Positions 1 to 10,004 of a stretch of DNA of 64,000 nucleotides are shown piece after piece (the first letter of the stretch is position 1; every line of letters begins with the position of its first letter). Origin of the DNA: an uncultured Bacilli bacterium (GTDB taxonomy: Bacteria > Bacillota_I > Bacilli_A > RF39 > UBA660); contig CAKPIT010000003.1 of NCBI GenBank assembly GCA_934162445.1, forward strand, positions 64,928 to 128,927, given 5' to 3'. Made by a program: the position numbers and the translations under genes. The notes below the pieces were generated by a model, which searched no databases, was not told the origin of the DNA, and saw nothing but the letters and a program-made list of their open reading frames with translations.

Positions 1-70
1 AATAATAGAACTTTTAAAAACTAAAAAGTTTATTGCATAAAATAAAAAAAGCCGGTAACGCTATAATTAG

Positions 71-730
71 GTGATAAATAAGATGAATTACATAATTGTG
101 TTACTTAAAACTTTTTTCTTTTATTGGATCATTGTTATTAGCTACCGTTTTATGGGTAAACGTGAAGTAGGGGAACTAGGAATTATTGATTTGATAGTTT
201 CTGTTTTAATTGCTGAATTAGCCGCCATCAGTATTGAAAATTATAAAGATAATATCTTTCTAACTTTCTTTCCCATCATCCTTTTGGTTATTCTTCAAAT
301 AGTTCTTGCTAAAGTTTCCTTAAAAAGCGACAAAGTAAGAACCATTCTAGATGGTAACTCTTCAATGATCATTGATAATGGTAAATTAAATTACAAAGAA
401 ATGATTAAACAACGATATAATCTCGAAGATTTACTAACCCAGTTAAGAGCTAGAAATGTCAAATGTCTTGATGAAGTAGAATATGCCATTTTAGAAACCA
501 GTGGCAAATTATCTGTTTTTCTAAAAAATGCTAAAAATAGTGGTAGCTATCCTTTACCCCTTATTTTAGATGGTAAAATTCAAGAGGCAACCATGAAACA
601 CTTAAAGAAAAAAGATACTTGGTTAAAAGATTTATTACAAGCTAAAAAAGTTAATCTCGATGATGTTTTTTATGCTTTCTATAAAGATAATCAACTATTT
701 ATTATTAAAAATAGTGATTGTATCAGTTAA
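71..730 (+). CDS. DUF421 (YetF/YdfS-like) membrane protein
   Basis: N-terminal TM segment followed by GKREVGELGIIDLIVSVLIAELAAI, which matches the conserved GKR..GQLS.FD.V..I.IGE.A core of DUF421; the C-terminal half is a soluble domain. Confidence 0.6.
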   Translation: MINKMNYIIVLLKTFFFYWIIVISYRFMGKREVGELGIIDLIVSVLIAELAAISIENYKDNIFLTFFPIILLVILQIVLAKVSLKSDKVRTILDGNSSMIIDNGKLNYKEMIKQRYNLEDLLTQLRARNVKCLDEVEYAILETSGKLSVFLKNAKNSGSYPLPLILDGKIQEATMKHLKKKDTWLKDLLQAKKVNLDDVFYAFYKDNQLFIIKNSDCIS

Positions 731-759
731 ATAGACAAATTTCTTAAAAAGATAAGTAT

Positions 760-1962
760 ATGATAATTAGTATGAAAAAAGTTTACTGTTTACTAATTAT
801 CATTTTTTTATTAATAATTACTTATCTAATTGTTCCTGAAGATAAACCCAAAACGGTTAAATCGCCTGAAGAAAAAAGAGCCATTTTTATCTCTTATATT
901 GAACTTGGCAAATACTTACGAGGTAACACTAAAGAAGAAATGCAAAAAAGCATTGATAACTTAATAACCGAAAGTAAAAACTTTGGCTTTAACATGATTC
1001 TTTTACAAGTCAGAAGCTTTAGTGATGCAATCTATAAGTCAAAAATTTTTCCAAGTAGTAGAAGTGTTGTTAACAACGAAGGAGATCTTCTTCCATTTGA
1101 TATTTTAAAATATTTTATCAAAGCCTCTCATCAAGAAAATATGGAACTACATGCATGGATTAATCCCTACAGAATCAGTAATACTAATGATGTGTCATTG
1201 ATTAGCACCAAAAACCCTTGCTATCAACTCTTAAATACTAAAGATGTAGAAATAACTGCTAACGGTATCTATTATAATCCTGCTAGCACCAAAGTAGAAA
1301 AATTAATAAATGACGGTATTAACGAAATAATTAATAATTATGCTGTTGACGGTATTCATTTTGATGATTATTTTTATCCTAACAGCCTAACTATTGATCA
1401 AAATAATTATCTTGAAGCAAAAAAGAAAAATCCCACCTTAACTCTTCAAGAATTTCGTTTAAATGTCATTACCAAATTAATTAAAAATACTCACGATACC
1501 ATCAAAAAAAAATCTTCTACACTTCTTTTTGGTATCTCTCCAGATGGTAACTTTGATAATAATTATAATAGTAATTATGTAGATACCAAACTCTTTTGTT
1601 CTAAAAAAGGCTATATTGATTACATAATGCCCCAAGTGTACTATGGTTTTTTAAATAGTACCAAGCCTTTTGAAGAAACTGTTCAAGCATGGAATGATAT
1701 AATAACTATTGATATTCCTTTAATCCCTGCTTTAGCATTCTATAAAACAGGTAACATTGATCTTTATGCTAAAGATGGTCTTAATGAATGGCAAGAACAC
1801 AACAATATCATTGCAAGAGAAATACTTACCAGTCGAAAATTAACAAAATATCAAGGCTTTGCCATCTTTCGCTATGATTCCATCTTTAACAGCAGCCTGT
1901 CAACCACCTCATCGCTTGAAAAAGAAAACTTAAAAAATCTATTACTAACTAAGAAAAAATGA
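760..1962 (+). CDS. Glycoside hydrolase-like family 10 (PF02638, YngK-like) lipoprotein or secreted protein
   Basis: Signal/TM N-terminus; FGFNMILLQVRSF...YNPASTKVEKLINDGINEIINNYAVDGIHFDDYFYP resembles the GH-like_10 / YngK TIM-barrel family. Confidence 0.5.
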   Translation: MIISMKKVYCLLIIIFLLIITYLIVPEDKPKTVKSPEEKRAIFISYIELGKYLRGNTKEEMQKSIDNLITESKNFGFNMILLQVRSFSDAIYKSKIFPSSRSVVNNEGDLLPFDILKYFIKASHQENMELHAWINPYRISNTNDVSLISTKNPCYQLLNTKDVEITANGIYYNPASTKVEKLINDGINEIINNYAVDGIHFDDYFYPNSLTIDQNNYLEAKKKNPTLTLQEFRLNVITKLIKNTHDTIKKKSSTLLFGISPDGNFDNNYNSNYVDTKLFCSKKGYIDYIMPQVYYGFLNSTKPFEETVQAWNDIITIDIPLIPALAFYKTGNIDLYAKDGLNEWQEHNNIIAREILTSRKLTKYQGFAIFRYDSIFNSSLSTTSSLEKENLKNLLLTKKK

Positions 1963-1987
1963 TATACTAATTAAAAGGTGATGACAA

Positions 1988-2533
1988 ATGAATAAAAAAG
2001 GATTTACATTAATCGAATTATTAGCGACCATAATTATTTTATCAATTATTATGATCATAGCTGTTCCCAACGTAATGAGTGTAATTGATAAAAATAAACA
2101 AGCAACATATGTAGCCGATGCAAAAAAAATGATTACTCTAACAGAATACAAACTAAGAAAAAATACTAGTATTAATTACCCAAGTGCTACTGGTAAAAGT
2201 ATTGCCATTAAACTATCAGCTTTAGATTTAACTGATTTTAATGATGCTCCTGAAGGAGGGGAGTATGATTCTACCAATTCTTATGTACTAATAGTAAGAA
2301 AAGATGATGATACTACTAATCAAATAACTTATGATTATTATGTTACTATCATTGAAAAATATGGCCAAAATAGTGATAAGACCAAAGGAATATATCTAGC
2401 ATCTAAAGAAGAATTAGAAAATGAAGAGGCTAAGAAATTAGTGACTACCAATATCACTTTAGATAACATTGCTAAAGGTTCTCTAACCACTGAAAAACTG
2501 TCAACAGATATCGAAAATGTTATTGACAGTTAA
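1988..2533 (+). CDS. Type IV pilin / competence pseudopilin (ComGC-like), prepilin
   Basis: Class III signal peptide KKGFTLIELLATIIILSIIMIIAVP (the G/FTLIE prepilin peptidase and N-methylation motif) followed by a hydrophobic helix. Confidence 0.75.
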   Translation: MNKKGFTLIELLATIIILSIIMIIAVPNVMSVIDKNKQATYVADAKKMITLTEYKLRKNTSINYPSATGKSIAIKLSALDLTDFNDAPEGGEYDSTNSYVLIVRKDDDTTNQITYDYYVTIIEKYGQNSDKTKGIYLASKEELENEEAKKLVTTNITLDNIAKGSLTTEKLSTDIENVIDS

Positions 2534-2577
2534 AATTAATTTTGCTATTATAAGGATAAGATATGGAGGTATAAGAA

Positions 2578-3135
2578 ATGAAAAATAGGAAAGGTTTTAC
2601 ATTAATCGAATTATTAGCAGTAATTATCATTTTAGCCATATTGATGACTTTAGCTATCACATCAATGTCTGGTTACATTAGAAATGCTGAGAAAGATACA
2701 TTTGTAACAACAGCGCAAGAATATGTTCATGCGGTAAGATTACATTTTGTTAATAACGAATATGATCAAATAGCTATTGGCCAATGTCTAGCCGTACCAG
2801 CACGAAACGTTGATCTTGAAAGTGGTGATCAAAAAAGTTCTTTTGGTTCAGCATTTACAGACAATAGTTATATAGTAATAAAAAATGTTGGTAATAATGG
2901 TTCAGATAAATATGAATACTATGTTCAATTAATTGATAGCAATGGTAATGGTTTTGCCTTAACGCAAGATACTAAATTATCAAGGCAATCAGTTTTATTA
3001 AAAACTGCCACTGCTAATGCTATCGCTGCATCAGGAATTACTGGCGATGGAAGTACTACAGTAAACTGTAGTGCTACTCAAGGTAGCAACGCTGTTATTA
3101 TGGTTAGTCCTACTAATCCTTTAACAACAAATTAA
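2578..3135 (+). CDS. Type IV pilin / pseudopilin, second copy
   Basis: NRKGFTLIELLAVIIILAILMTLAI prepilin leader; good RBS GGAGGT upstream. Confidence 0.75.
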   Translation: MKNRKGFTLIELLAVIIILAILMTLAITSMSGYIRNAEKDTFVTTAQEYVHAVRLHFVNNEYDQIAIGQCLAVPARNVDLESGDQKSSFGSAFTDNSYIVIKNVGNNGSDKYEYYVQLIDSNGNGFALTQDTKLSRQSVLLKTATANAIAASGITGDGSTTVNCSATQGSNAVIMVSPTNPLTTN

Positions 3136-3236
3136 AGTAAATCACAAAGAATAATTTTCAAAAAATTGTTCTTTTTTTATTGTAAAACAAAAAAATTAAG
3201 ATATAATAAATATTAATTCTTTTAGGAGGAGTTAAT

Positions 3237-5561
3237 ATGGCTAACAAATTACCAATTTTTATAATAAATAAAGGAATACTATTTAAAAACGTTGAGTTTA
3301 GAAGTGAAACCAATCTAAATCAAGATAAAGAAGTTTTAAACAAAATTGATGATAGTAAAGATAAAAACTTGATTGTAATTCACTCTCTAGATAATATCAG
3401 TACCACCGATGTTACTCAATTTCCCAAAATTGGATTATTAGCCACTTTAACACTAAAATTAAATATTCCTAACTCCATCACTCGCTATATCATTATCGGC
3501 GTAAAAAGAGTAGAAATAACAAATTATGAAGAAAAAAATGGTATCTATTATGCCACTTATCAAGAAATAAAAACACCCTTAATTGCCAAAAACGAAGAAA
3601 AAATGTATTTAGATATGCTATATCGTAATTATGAACGTTACGTTAGAGAAATAGCCTCAGTAAGTAACGCCATGTTAAGCGAATTTTTATCCATTAAAAG
3701 TCTAGACGACCTAACCGACTTTATAGTTTCTTTCCTAAATCTAAGCCCTGATATCAAAAAAGAATACTTATACGAATTAAATCCAATTGAACGGTCTAAA
3801 AAACTAATAAGCCAATTAAAAGAAGAAATCAAACTTGCTAAACTAGAAAAAGAAATAGAACAAAAAGTACATAAAGATATTGATGAAAACCAACGTGAAT
3901 ACTACTTACAAGAACAAATGAAAATTATTTCTAAAGAATTAGGAACGGCAAGTAGTAAGGATAAAATCGTTGAAAAATACAAAAACAAACTAAAAAGATT
4001 AAAAGCCTCTCCTAAAATAAAAGCCAAAATCAAAGAGGAAATAGATCGTTTTATTAATACTAATCAATCATCTCCTGATGCCTCAATGATTAGAGATTAC
4101 ATTGATTTAATGTTAAGCCTGCCATGGGATTATAAAACTAAAGATACTAAAGATTTAAAAGAAATTGAAAAGAGTCTTAATAGTAGTCACTATGGTTTAG
4201 ATGAAATTAAAACCAGAATTATTGAATATCTGGCCGTTAAACAAAATGCCAAAAAAGAAAAAGGTCCAATTCTTTGCTTTATTGGTCCGCCGGGAGTAGG
4301 TAAGACCTCTCTTGCTAAATCAATTGCTAAAAGTTTAAATAAAAACCTAGCCACAATTTCCGTTGGTGGTATCAATGATGAAGCCGAAATAGTAGGTCAT
4401 CGTCGCACCTATATTGGTGCTATGCCCGGTAAAATCATTCAAGGCCTAAAAAAATGTGGTAGTTCCAATCCCGTTTTCGTTATTGATGAAATTGATAAAA
4501 TGACTAAAAACATCAAAGGTGACCCTGCTAGTAGTCTATTAGAAGTATTAGACAAAGAACAAAACTATCGCTTTTCAGATCACTATGTTGATGAAGATTA
4601 CGATTTATCAGAAGTATTCTTTATTGCTACTGCCAATTATGAAGAAAATATTCCCCCCGAATTAAAAGATCGTTTAGAAATTATTCATTTAGATTCTTAC
4701 ACCGAATATGAAAAATTAGAAATAGCCAAAAATTATCTAATTCCTAAACTACTAGAAGAACATGGCCTTACATCCTTACAAGTAGAATTTGAAGACCAAG
4801 CTATTCTTGATATTATAAATTACTATACTAAAGAAGCGGGTGTAAGATCTCTTGAACGTTTAATTTCCAAAATTCTTCGTAAAATTGTTAGAAAACTATT
4901 AAGCGATAATGAAATTTTCTTTTACCATATTGATTTTTCTGATTTAAAAACATACTTAGGAGATAAAATTTATATCGAAAAAGAAAGCAAAGAAAAAGAT
5001 TTAAAAGGAGTAGTTAATGGTTTAGCATACACCTTCTTTGGCGGTGATATCTTATCAATTGAAACCATTCATTATCAAGGGTCTTCAAATCTTCTTTTAA
5101 CCGGTTCATTAGGAAACATTATGAAAGAATCAGCCCAAATTGCTTTAAGTTACATCAAAGCCCATCAACAAGCCTTCAAAATTCCTTTAACTATTTTAAA
5201 AGATGATATTCATATTCATGTTCCCTCAGGATCAATTCCCAAAGAAGGCCCAAGCGCCGGTATTACTTTAACAACTTCCATCATAAGTGCCTTTACTGGT
5301 AAAAAAGTATCATCTAAAATTGCCATGACTGGGGAATTGACGCTAACCGGCGAAGTCTTAGCCGTTGGCGGTATCAAAGAAAAAGTTTTAGGAGCTTATA
5401 GAAATGGTATTAAAACCATTTATCTCCCATCACAAAACAAAAAAGACCTAAAAGATATTCCTGATAATATTAAAGATAAAATAACCTTCATTTTTATAAA
5501 AGATTATCAAGAATTATATACTGATTTATTTGAAAGGGCTGAAGAGAAAGTATGCAATTAG
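3237..5561 (+). CDS. lon: ATP-dependent Lon protease
   Basis: 774 aa; Lon N-domain; Walker A GPPGVGKTS; catalytic Ser motif PKEGPSAGIT; TTGTAA-16-TATAAT promoter and RBS GGAGGAG upstream. Confidence 0.95.
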   Translation: MANKLPIFIINKGILFKNVEFRSETNLNQDKEVLNKIDDSKDKNLIVIHSLDNISTTDVTQFPKIGLLATLTLKLNIPNSITRYIIIGVKRVEITNYEEKNGIYYATYQEIKTPLIAKNEEKMYLDMLYRNYERYVREIASVSNAMLSEFLSIKSLDDLTDFIVSFLNLSPDIKKEYLYELNPIERSKKLISQLKEEIKLAKLEKEIEQKVHKDIDENQREYYLQEQMKIISKELGTASSKDKIVEKYKNKLKRLKASPKIKAKIKEEIDRFINTNQSSPDASMIRDYIDLMLSLPWDYKTKDTKDLKEIEKSLNSSHYGLDEIKTRIIEYLAVKQNAKKEKGPILCFIGPPGVGKTSLAKSIAKSLNKNLATISVGGINDEAEIVGHRRTYIGAMPGKIIQGLKKCGSSNPVFVIDEIDKMTKNIKGDPASSLLEVLDKEQNYRFSDHYVDEDYDLSEVFFIATANYEENIPPELKDRLEIIHLDSYTEYEKLEIAKNYLIPKLLEEHGLTSLQVEFEDQAILDIINYYTKEAGVRSLERLISKILRKIVRKLLSDNEIFFYHIDFSDLKTYLGDKIYIEKESKEKDLKGVVNGLAYTFFGGDILSIETIHYQGSSNLLLTGSLGNIMKESAQIALSYIKAHQQAFKIPLTILKDDIHIHVPSGSIPKEGPSAGITLTTSIISAFTGKKVSSKIAMTGELTLTGEVLAVGGIKEKVLGAYRNGIKTIYLPSQNKKDLKDIPDNIKDKITFIFIKDYQELYTDLFERAEEKVCN

Positions 5562-6178
5562 AAGACCTATCCGTAACTAATAGAAAATATGCTATTAACA
5601 TGAAAGCAGATTTAACTTGTCCCGATATGAATGATGCTATTATGTATAATGACACTAAAACCAACATTAAAGGCATCAGAGCCATTTTGAAAACTGAAGA
5701 AGATTTTTTGTTACTAGATGATAGCATGCTTCGGATGGCTCATTATATTGCCTACGTTAATCGTGATAGAAAGTCACTTGACCAAATAGACCAATTAAAC
5801 TCACTAACCGATACTGAAAAAGAAGCCCGCATAAAAAACTACCTTAACTCTGAATATTTAAGACGTAACATGGTTTTTGACTTTGAAACTTATCAAGAAT
5901 TACTAGATCTTGATGCTTCTTTGTTAAACAAAAGCGACGAATCCTATCTTTTAGAAAGCCCCTATATTTTATATTCAATCAGCTACTTACAAACTATCTT
6001 TTACGAATACTACGAAACTAACAAAAAAGCTCATACCTATATTAATGGCATCCTAACGTCACTTGCCCATGAAAGCATCCACAATATTGATGATTTAATC
6101 GCTATTGAATCAACAAGAGAAGAATTTAATCACAAAAATAAAGCCAAGATTATTACTTTTAAAAAGAACTTAAAGTAA
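5552..6178 (+). CDS. Hypothetical protein (overlaps the lon stop by 10 nt)
   Basis: 208-aa ORF with no recognisable motif; it is translationally coupled to lon. Confidence 0.4.
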   Translation: MQLEDLSVTNRKYAINMKADLTCPDMNDAIMYNDTKTNIKGIRAILKTEEDFLLLDDSMLRMAHYIAYVNRDRKSLDQIDQLNSLTDTEKEARIKNYLNSEYLRRNMVFDFETYQELLDLDASLLNKSDESYLLESPYILYSISYLQTIFYEYYETNKKAHTYINGILTSLAHESIHNIDDLIAIESTREEFNHKNKAKIITFKKNLK

Positions 6179-6227
6179 TAATCTTTTTTTTAAGCCATAT
6201 ATTAAAAGTAAGGAAAGGAGAAAAAAT

Positions 6228-6968
6228 ATGCGACAAATAATATCTTTAGAAAAAGAAATCCTCTTTAAAACTATGATTGGCGATATTACAAGTATCTCTT
6301 TAGAACACACCCTTGATTTCATCAACAATAGTGAAATAGAAGGTGATTTAATCGTAAATGGTACTTATAAACTAACAGAAGCATCCACAATTGAAGAAAC
6401 CTTTGACTACAAAGTACCCGTTGAAATTATGCTAACAACCGCTCTAGAAGAGAAAAAACGAACCATCAACATCAATGACTTTACCTATAAAATTGTTAAT
6501 GAGGATACACTATTAATAAACGTTGATCTTTTAATTGAAGGCCTTGAAATAATTGAAATTAAAGATCAAGAAGAATCAAATAGAAATGATTCTAATGCTG
6601 AAATAGAAATACTTTCAACTAAAGAAGAGCAAGAAACTCTACCAAGTGCCAAGGAAATTAATGATACGATGTCAAAAGAAATTGAACAAGAAAACAAAGA
6701 ACAACCTCAAGAAGTTGAAAAACCAAAATCTAAAGAACAAAAAGAAGGGGAGAATAAAGTGATTGATTCAATTTTTACCGCCTTTAAAGACACCACTGAA
6801 ACTTATTCAACCTATTCAGTTTATACCCTAAGAGAAAATGATACCCTTGACGAAATCATTGCCAAATATAAAACAACTCGTGATGACTTACAATCATATA
6901 ATGATCTAGATAACCTAAAAATAGGTACTAAACTAATTATTCCTACATCCTTTACTGATGAAGAATAA
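6228..6968 (+). CDS. Hypothetical protein with C-terminal LysM domain
   Basis: The C-terminus YSVYTLRENDTLDEIIAKYKTTRDDLQSYNDLDNLKIGTKLIIP is a typical LysM; the middle is an acidic low-complexity linker; RBS AGGAAAGGAG. Confidence 0.5.
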   Translation: MRQIISLEKEILFKTMIGDITSISLEHTLDFINNSEIEGDLIVNGTYKLTEASTIEETFDYKVPVEIMLTTALEEKKRTININDFTYKIVNEDTLLINVDLLIEGLEIIEIKDQEESNRNDSNAEIEILSTKEEQETLPSAKEINDTMSKEIEQENKEQPQEVEKPKSKEQKEGENKVIDSIFTAFKDTTETYSTYSVYTLRENDTLDEIIAKYKTTRDDLQSYNDLDNLKIGTKLIIPTSFTDEE

Positions 6969-7836
6969 TATTACTAAATATACCTATTTAAATAAATTAA
7001 AAATTATAAGATATAGTAATGGTGAAAACCTAGTTATTAAAAAAAACTTAAATCATGATCTCACTAAAGTATATAAATATTTAACTGATCATGATTTTGA
7101 GTATTATCTAAAACCCCTAAAAATTACTAAAGATGAAGTATACTTTCCCTATTTACAAGAAATAGAATTAACCGCCGATGAAAAAGCCAAAAGACTCATT
7201 TACAATTTAAGTTACCTTCAAACCAAAACTACTATCTATCAAAGCATTGATAAAGATAAAATTCTTGAAGAATATAATACCTATCACGATCAAATAACAT
7301 CATTAGAAAAATATTATCATAATCTTCAAGACATGGTAGAAGAAAAAGTGTATATGATGCCTAGTGAATATTTATTCATAAGGAATGTTTCCTTAATCTA
7401 TAAAGCTTTAAATTACAGTAACATGCTACTAGATAAATGGTACAACCTAATAAAAGCCAAAAAAACAGAACGTTTAGTATACTGTCATGGTAAATGTCAA
7501 ATAGATCATTTTTTAGCCAATGACAATGGCTATTTTCTTAGTTTAGAAAATGCTCATATTGGTAAAGTATCAGAAGATTTTATCAATTTCTATAATCATA
7601 ACTATCAAAATACCGATATGCTTAGTAATTTTAAATATTATCAAAAAAAATATCCCTATTTAGAAGAAGAACTATTATATTTATATTTAAATTTAACTAT
7701 TCCTCCTAAAATAGATATTTATAAAAGTTCTCTAAATAAATGTATAGAATTAAATGATTTCTATGACAAACTAAAAATAACTAGCTATTTTGTCTTAAAT
7801 AATCAAAAGAAAAAGCAATACAATGAACAAAATTAA
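6958..7836 (+). CDS. Hypothetical protein, possibly a kinase-like (CotS/choline-kinase-like) fold
   Basis: 292 aa; the weak motif CHGKCQIDHFLANDNGYFLSLENAH is reminiscent of the HGD.H..N catalytic loop of APH/CotS-family kinases; otherwise no motif. Confidence 0.3.
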   Translation: MKNNITKYTYLNKLKIIRYSNGENLVIKKNLNHDLTKVYKYLTDHDFEYYLKPLKITKDEVYFPYLQEIELTADEKAKRLIYNLSYLQTKTTIYQSIDKDKILEEYNTYHDQITSLEKYYHNLQDMVEEKVYMMPSEYLFIRNVSLIYKALNYSNMLLDKWYNLIKAKKTERLVYCHGKCQIDHFLANDNGYFLSLENAHIGKVSEDFINFYNHNYQNTDMLSNFKYYQKKYPYLEEELLYLYLNLTIPPKIDIYKSSLNKCIELNDFYDKLKITSYFVLNNQKKKQYNEQN

Positions 7837-8118
7837 TTCTAAAAACAGTAAAACTGCATGGATTCTTGTTACTAAAAAAAGAAGTAATAAAGCTTGATAA
7901 CAAATAATTATTGCTAAAATAAGAACACTACCTAAATAAAACAGGCTTGTTCTTCTTTTTTGTTTACAATAATTACACCTACAGAAGGCTTTATGTTTAT
8001 TTGATTTAAATTTCACACAAATCAGTCCCTTCTACTATTTTATTTTATGTTAAATCTTAAAAATAGTTAACCAATAATGTCTCAATTTATGATAAACTAT
8101 AGATGAAAGAGGGATACT

Positions 8119-9024
8119 ATGCAAAAAATAAATACACTTATATCTAAAGATAATAAAAATATAAAATTAAAAAGTTACTATGGAAAAGCCTTAAGTAATA
8201 AAAACTTTAAAGATTTCGTGGATACGATCGACTTAAAAGATGAAGTTTTAATGAAATACACATCAGAAATAGAAGATTCTCTTATCGAAATAGAAAATTG
8301 TAAAACTTGTCCCGGCCTTAAAGAATGTCCCAATCTTATCAAAGGCCATGTTCTAACACCCACTAAACAGGATAAAGGTCTAGTATTTTCCTATCTTCCA
8401 TGTTCTAAATATCAAAAAGATCAAGAAAATTTTGCCTATTTAAAAAACGTTACCTGTTTCAATTTACCTAAAGAATTAAGTAAAGCTTCATTTAAAAATG
8501 CTTACCGTGATGATAATAAACGTTTACCTATATTTAAATACTTTAAAGATTTTATTGATAACTACCAACATAAAAAAGATTTAAAAGGTCTATACTTAAG
8601 TGGTTCTTTTGGTAGCGGTAAAACCTATTTAATAGCCGCCTTCTTTAATGAAATGGCTAAAAAAGGCGTTAATTCTTGTATGGTATACTATCCAGAACTA
8701 TTAAGAAGTTTAAAATCATCCTTTGGGAGCAATTATGAAGATAAATATGATTTTATTAAAAGTGTTCCCTTATTACTCCTAGATGATATTGGGGCTGAAA
8801 ATACCACCAGTTGGAGTAGGGATGAAGTCTTAGGACCTATTCTTCAGTACCGCATGGAAGAAGATCTTCCTACCTTTTTCACCTCCAATTTAAACATTGA
8901 TGAATTAGAAACTACTCTAAGCATCACTGGTAGCGGTATAGATAAAATAAAAGCGAAGCGAATAATAGAAAGAATTAAATATTTAACTACCCCTTTAGAA
9001 TTAATTAGTAAAAATAGGCGATAA
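8119..9024 (+). CDS. dnaI: Primosomal/helicase-loader protein DnaI (DnaC/IstB-like AAA+)
   Basis: N-terminal Cys cluster CKTCPGLKECPN...LPC (zinc-binding domain); Walker A GSFGSGKTYL; LLLDDIGAE Walker B; no transposase partner. Confidence 0.7.
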   Translation: MQKINTLISKDNKNIKLKSYYGKALSNKNFKDFVDTIDLKDEVLMKYTSEIEDSLIEIENCKTCPGLKECPNLIKGHVLTPTKQDKGLVFSYLPCSKYQKDQENFAYLKNVTCFNLPKELSKASFKNAYRDDNKRLPIFKYFKDFIDNYQHKKDLKGLYLSGSFGSGKTYLIAAFFNEMAKKGVNSCMVYYPELLRSLKSSFGSNYEDKYDFIKSVPLLLLDDIGAENTTSWSRDEVLGPILQYRMEEDLPTFFTSNLNIDELETTLSITGSGIDKIKAKRIIERIKYLTTPLELISKNRR

Positions 9025-9029
9025 TTGGC

Positions 9030-9995
9030 TTGGGAGAAATTGGATCAACAGCCGATGTAAAAATATTAGAACAATTTCTTCAAGAAGAAACAAGCTCTAA
9101 TATTATTGCACAGTTATCAAAGTCAATATATAAAATAAAAAACAGATATTTTAATACTCAAGGAAATTTTACCAGAAAATATATGGTAAATGAAAATGGT
9201 TTGATTGGTGATGATTCAGACAAATGGTACGCTGATGCATCAATATATAATTTGTTTTCGGAAGCAGAAGATCCAGAAAATATATGTTTTTCATTAATAT
9301 TTAATAGAGTTTTATCTAAAAATATAAAAATAAAAAATCCGATTGACTTAGCAACAGGTACTGGAAGAGCTGCAAAATATATACTAAACAATATATCATA
9401 CGATGGTAAATTATATGCAGTTGATTATAGTCAACAAATGTTAGATTATTTCGACAGAACAATAAGCAGACAAAAATATTACGTAAAAAACATAGAATTA
9501 GTTCATTCAAAAATTAAAGATTTTGAAATTCCACAAGAAGAAAAATCAACATTTATTATAAGTTCCTTTGGCTTCCCAAGCAAAATATCGGACAATGAAA
9601 GGTGCAAACAAGAATTGGAAAATGTGTACAATATGTTAGACGAGAACGGAATATTTGTTACATTGGGTTGGGATGAAACATTTAATGATGAGTTAAATGC
9701 AATGTGGTATAGATATGTCCCGGATAATATAAAAGCAGCCAATTTTGAAGAATGGAGAAAGATAAGAGAAAGTAGTATATCAAGTGCAAGGAATTGTAAT
9801 TTAACATGGTACAAACAAAATATACAAGTCCCACTATTATATGACACTCTAGAAGAAACGATTAATGTAATGGGCCATTTATTTGGTAGAGATGCTGCTT
9901 TAGAAGTCTTAAAGAGTAAAAGAACAATGTGGTGGATGTCAATGGGAATCACATGGGATGATAAAAAAAGTTTATCCAAAACATTAAAGAAATAG
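9030..9995 (+). CDS. Class I SAM-dependent methyltransferase
   Basis: Motif I-like IDLATGTGRAAKYIL followed by an acidic motif II, AVDYS; the TTG start has no RBS, so the true start may be the ATG at 9183. Confidence 0.5.
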   Translation: MGEIGSTADVKILEQFLQEETSSNIIAQLSKSIYKIKNRYFNTQGNFTRKYMVNENGLIGDDSDKWYADASIYNLFSEAEDPENICFSLIFNRVLSKNIKIKNPIDLATGTGRAAKYILNNISYDGKLYAVDYSQQMLDYFDRTISRQKYYVKNIELVHSKIKDFEIPQEEKSTFIISSFGFPSKISDNERCKQELENVYNMLDENGIFVTLGWDETFNDELNAMWYRYVPDNIKAANFEEWRKIRESSISSARNCNLTWYKQNIQVPLLYDTLEETINVMGHLFGRDAALEVLKSKRTMWWMSMGITWDDKKSLSKTLKK

Positions 9996-10004
9996 GAGCA
10001 AAAT

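Noticed and set aside
3136-3236. CIRCE or CtsR heat-shock operator upstream of lon
   Set aside because: There is no TTAGCACTC-N9-GAGTGCTAA or GGTCAAA-type repeat, only a sigma-A-like promoter and a terminator-like hairpin.
3638-4375. Antisense ORFs (3638-3832, 4190-4375) inside lon
   Set aside because: These are shadow frames within a strongly supported coding gene.
7795-8016. 73-aa minus-strand ORF between the 292-aa ORF and dnaI
   Set aside because: It lies in an intergenic promoter region, has low-complexity hydrophobic content, no RBS, and overlaps the 3' end of the upstream gene. It is likely spurious.
8119-9024. Possible IS21-type IstB helper (mobile element) rather than DnaI
   Set aside because: No IstA transposase or inverted repeats lie nearby, and the protein has the DnaI-type N-terminal Cys-rich zinc domain.
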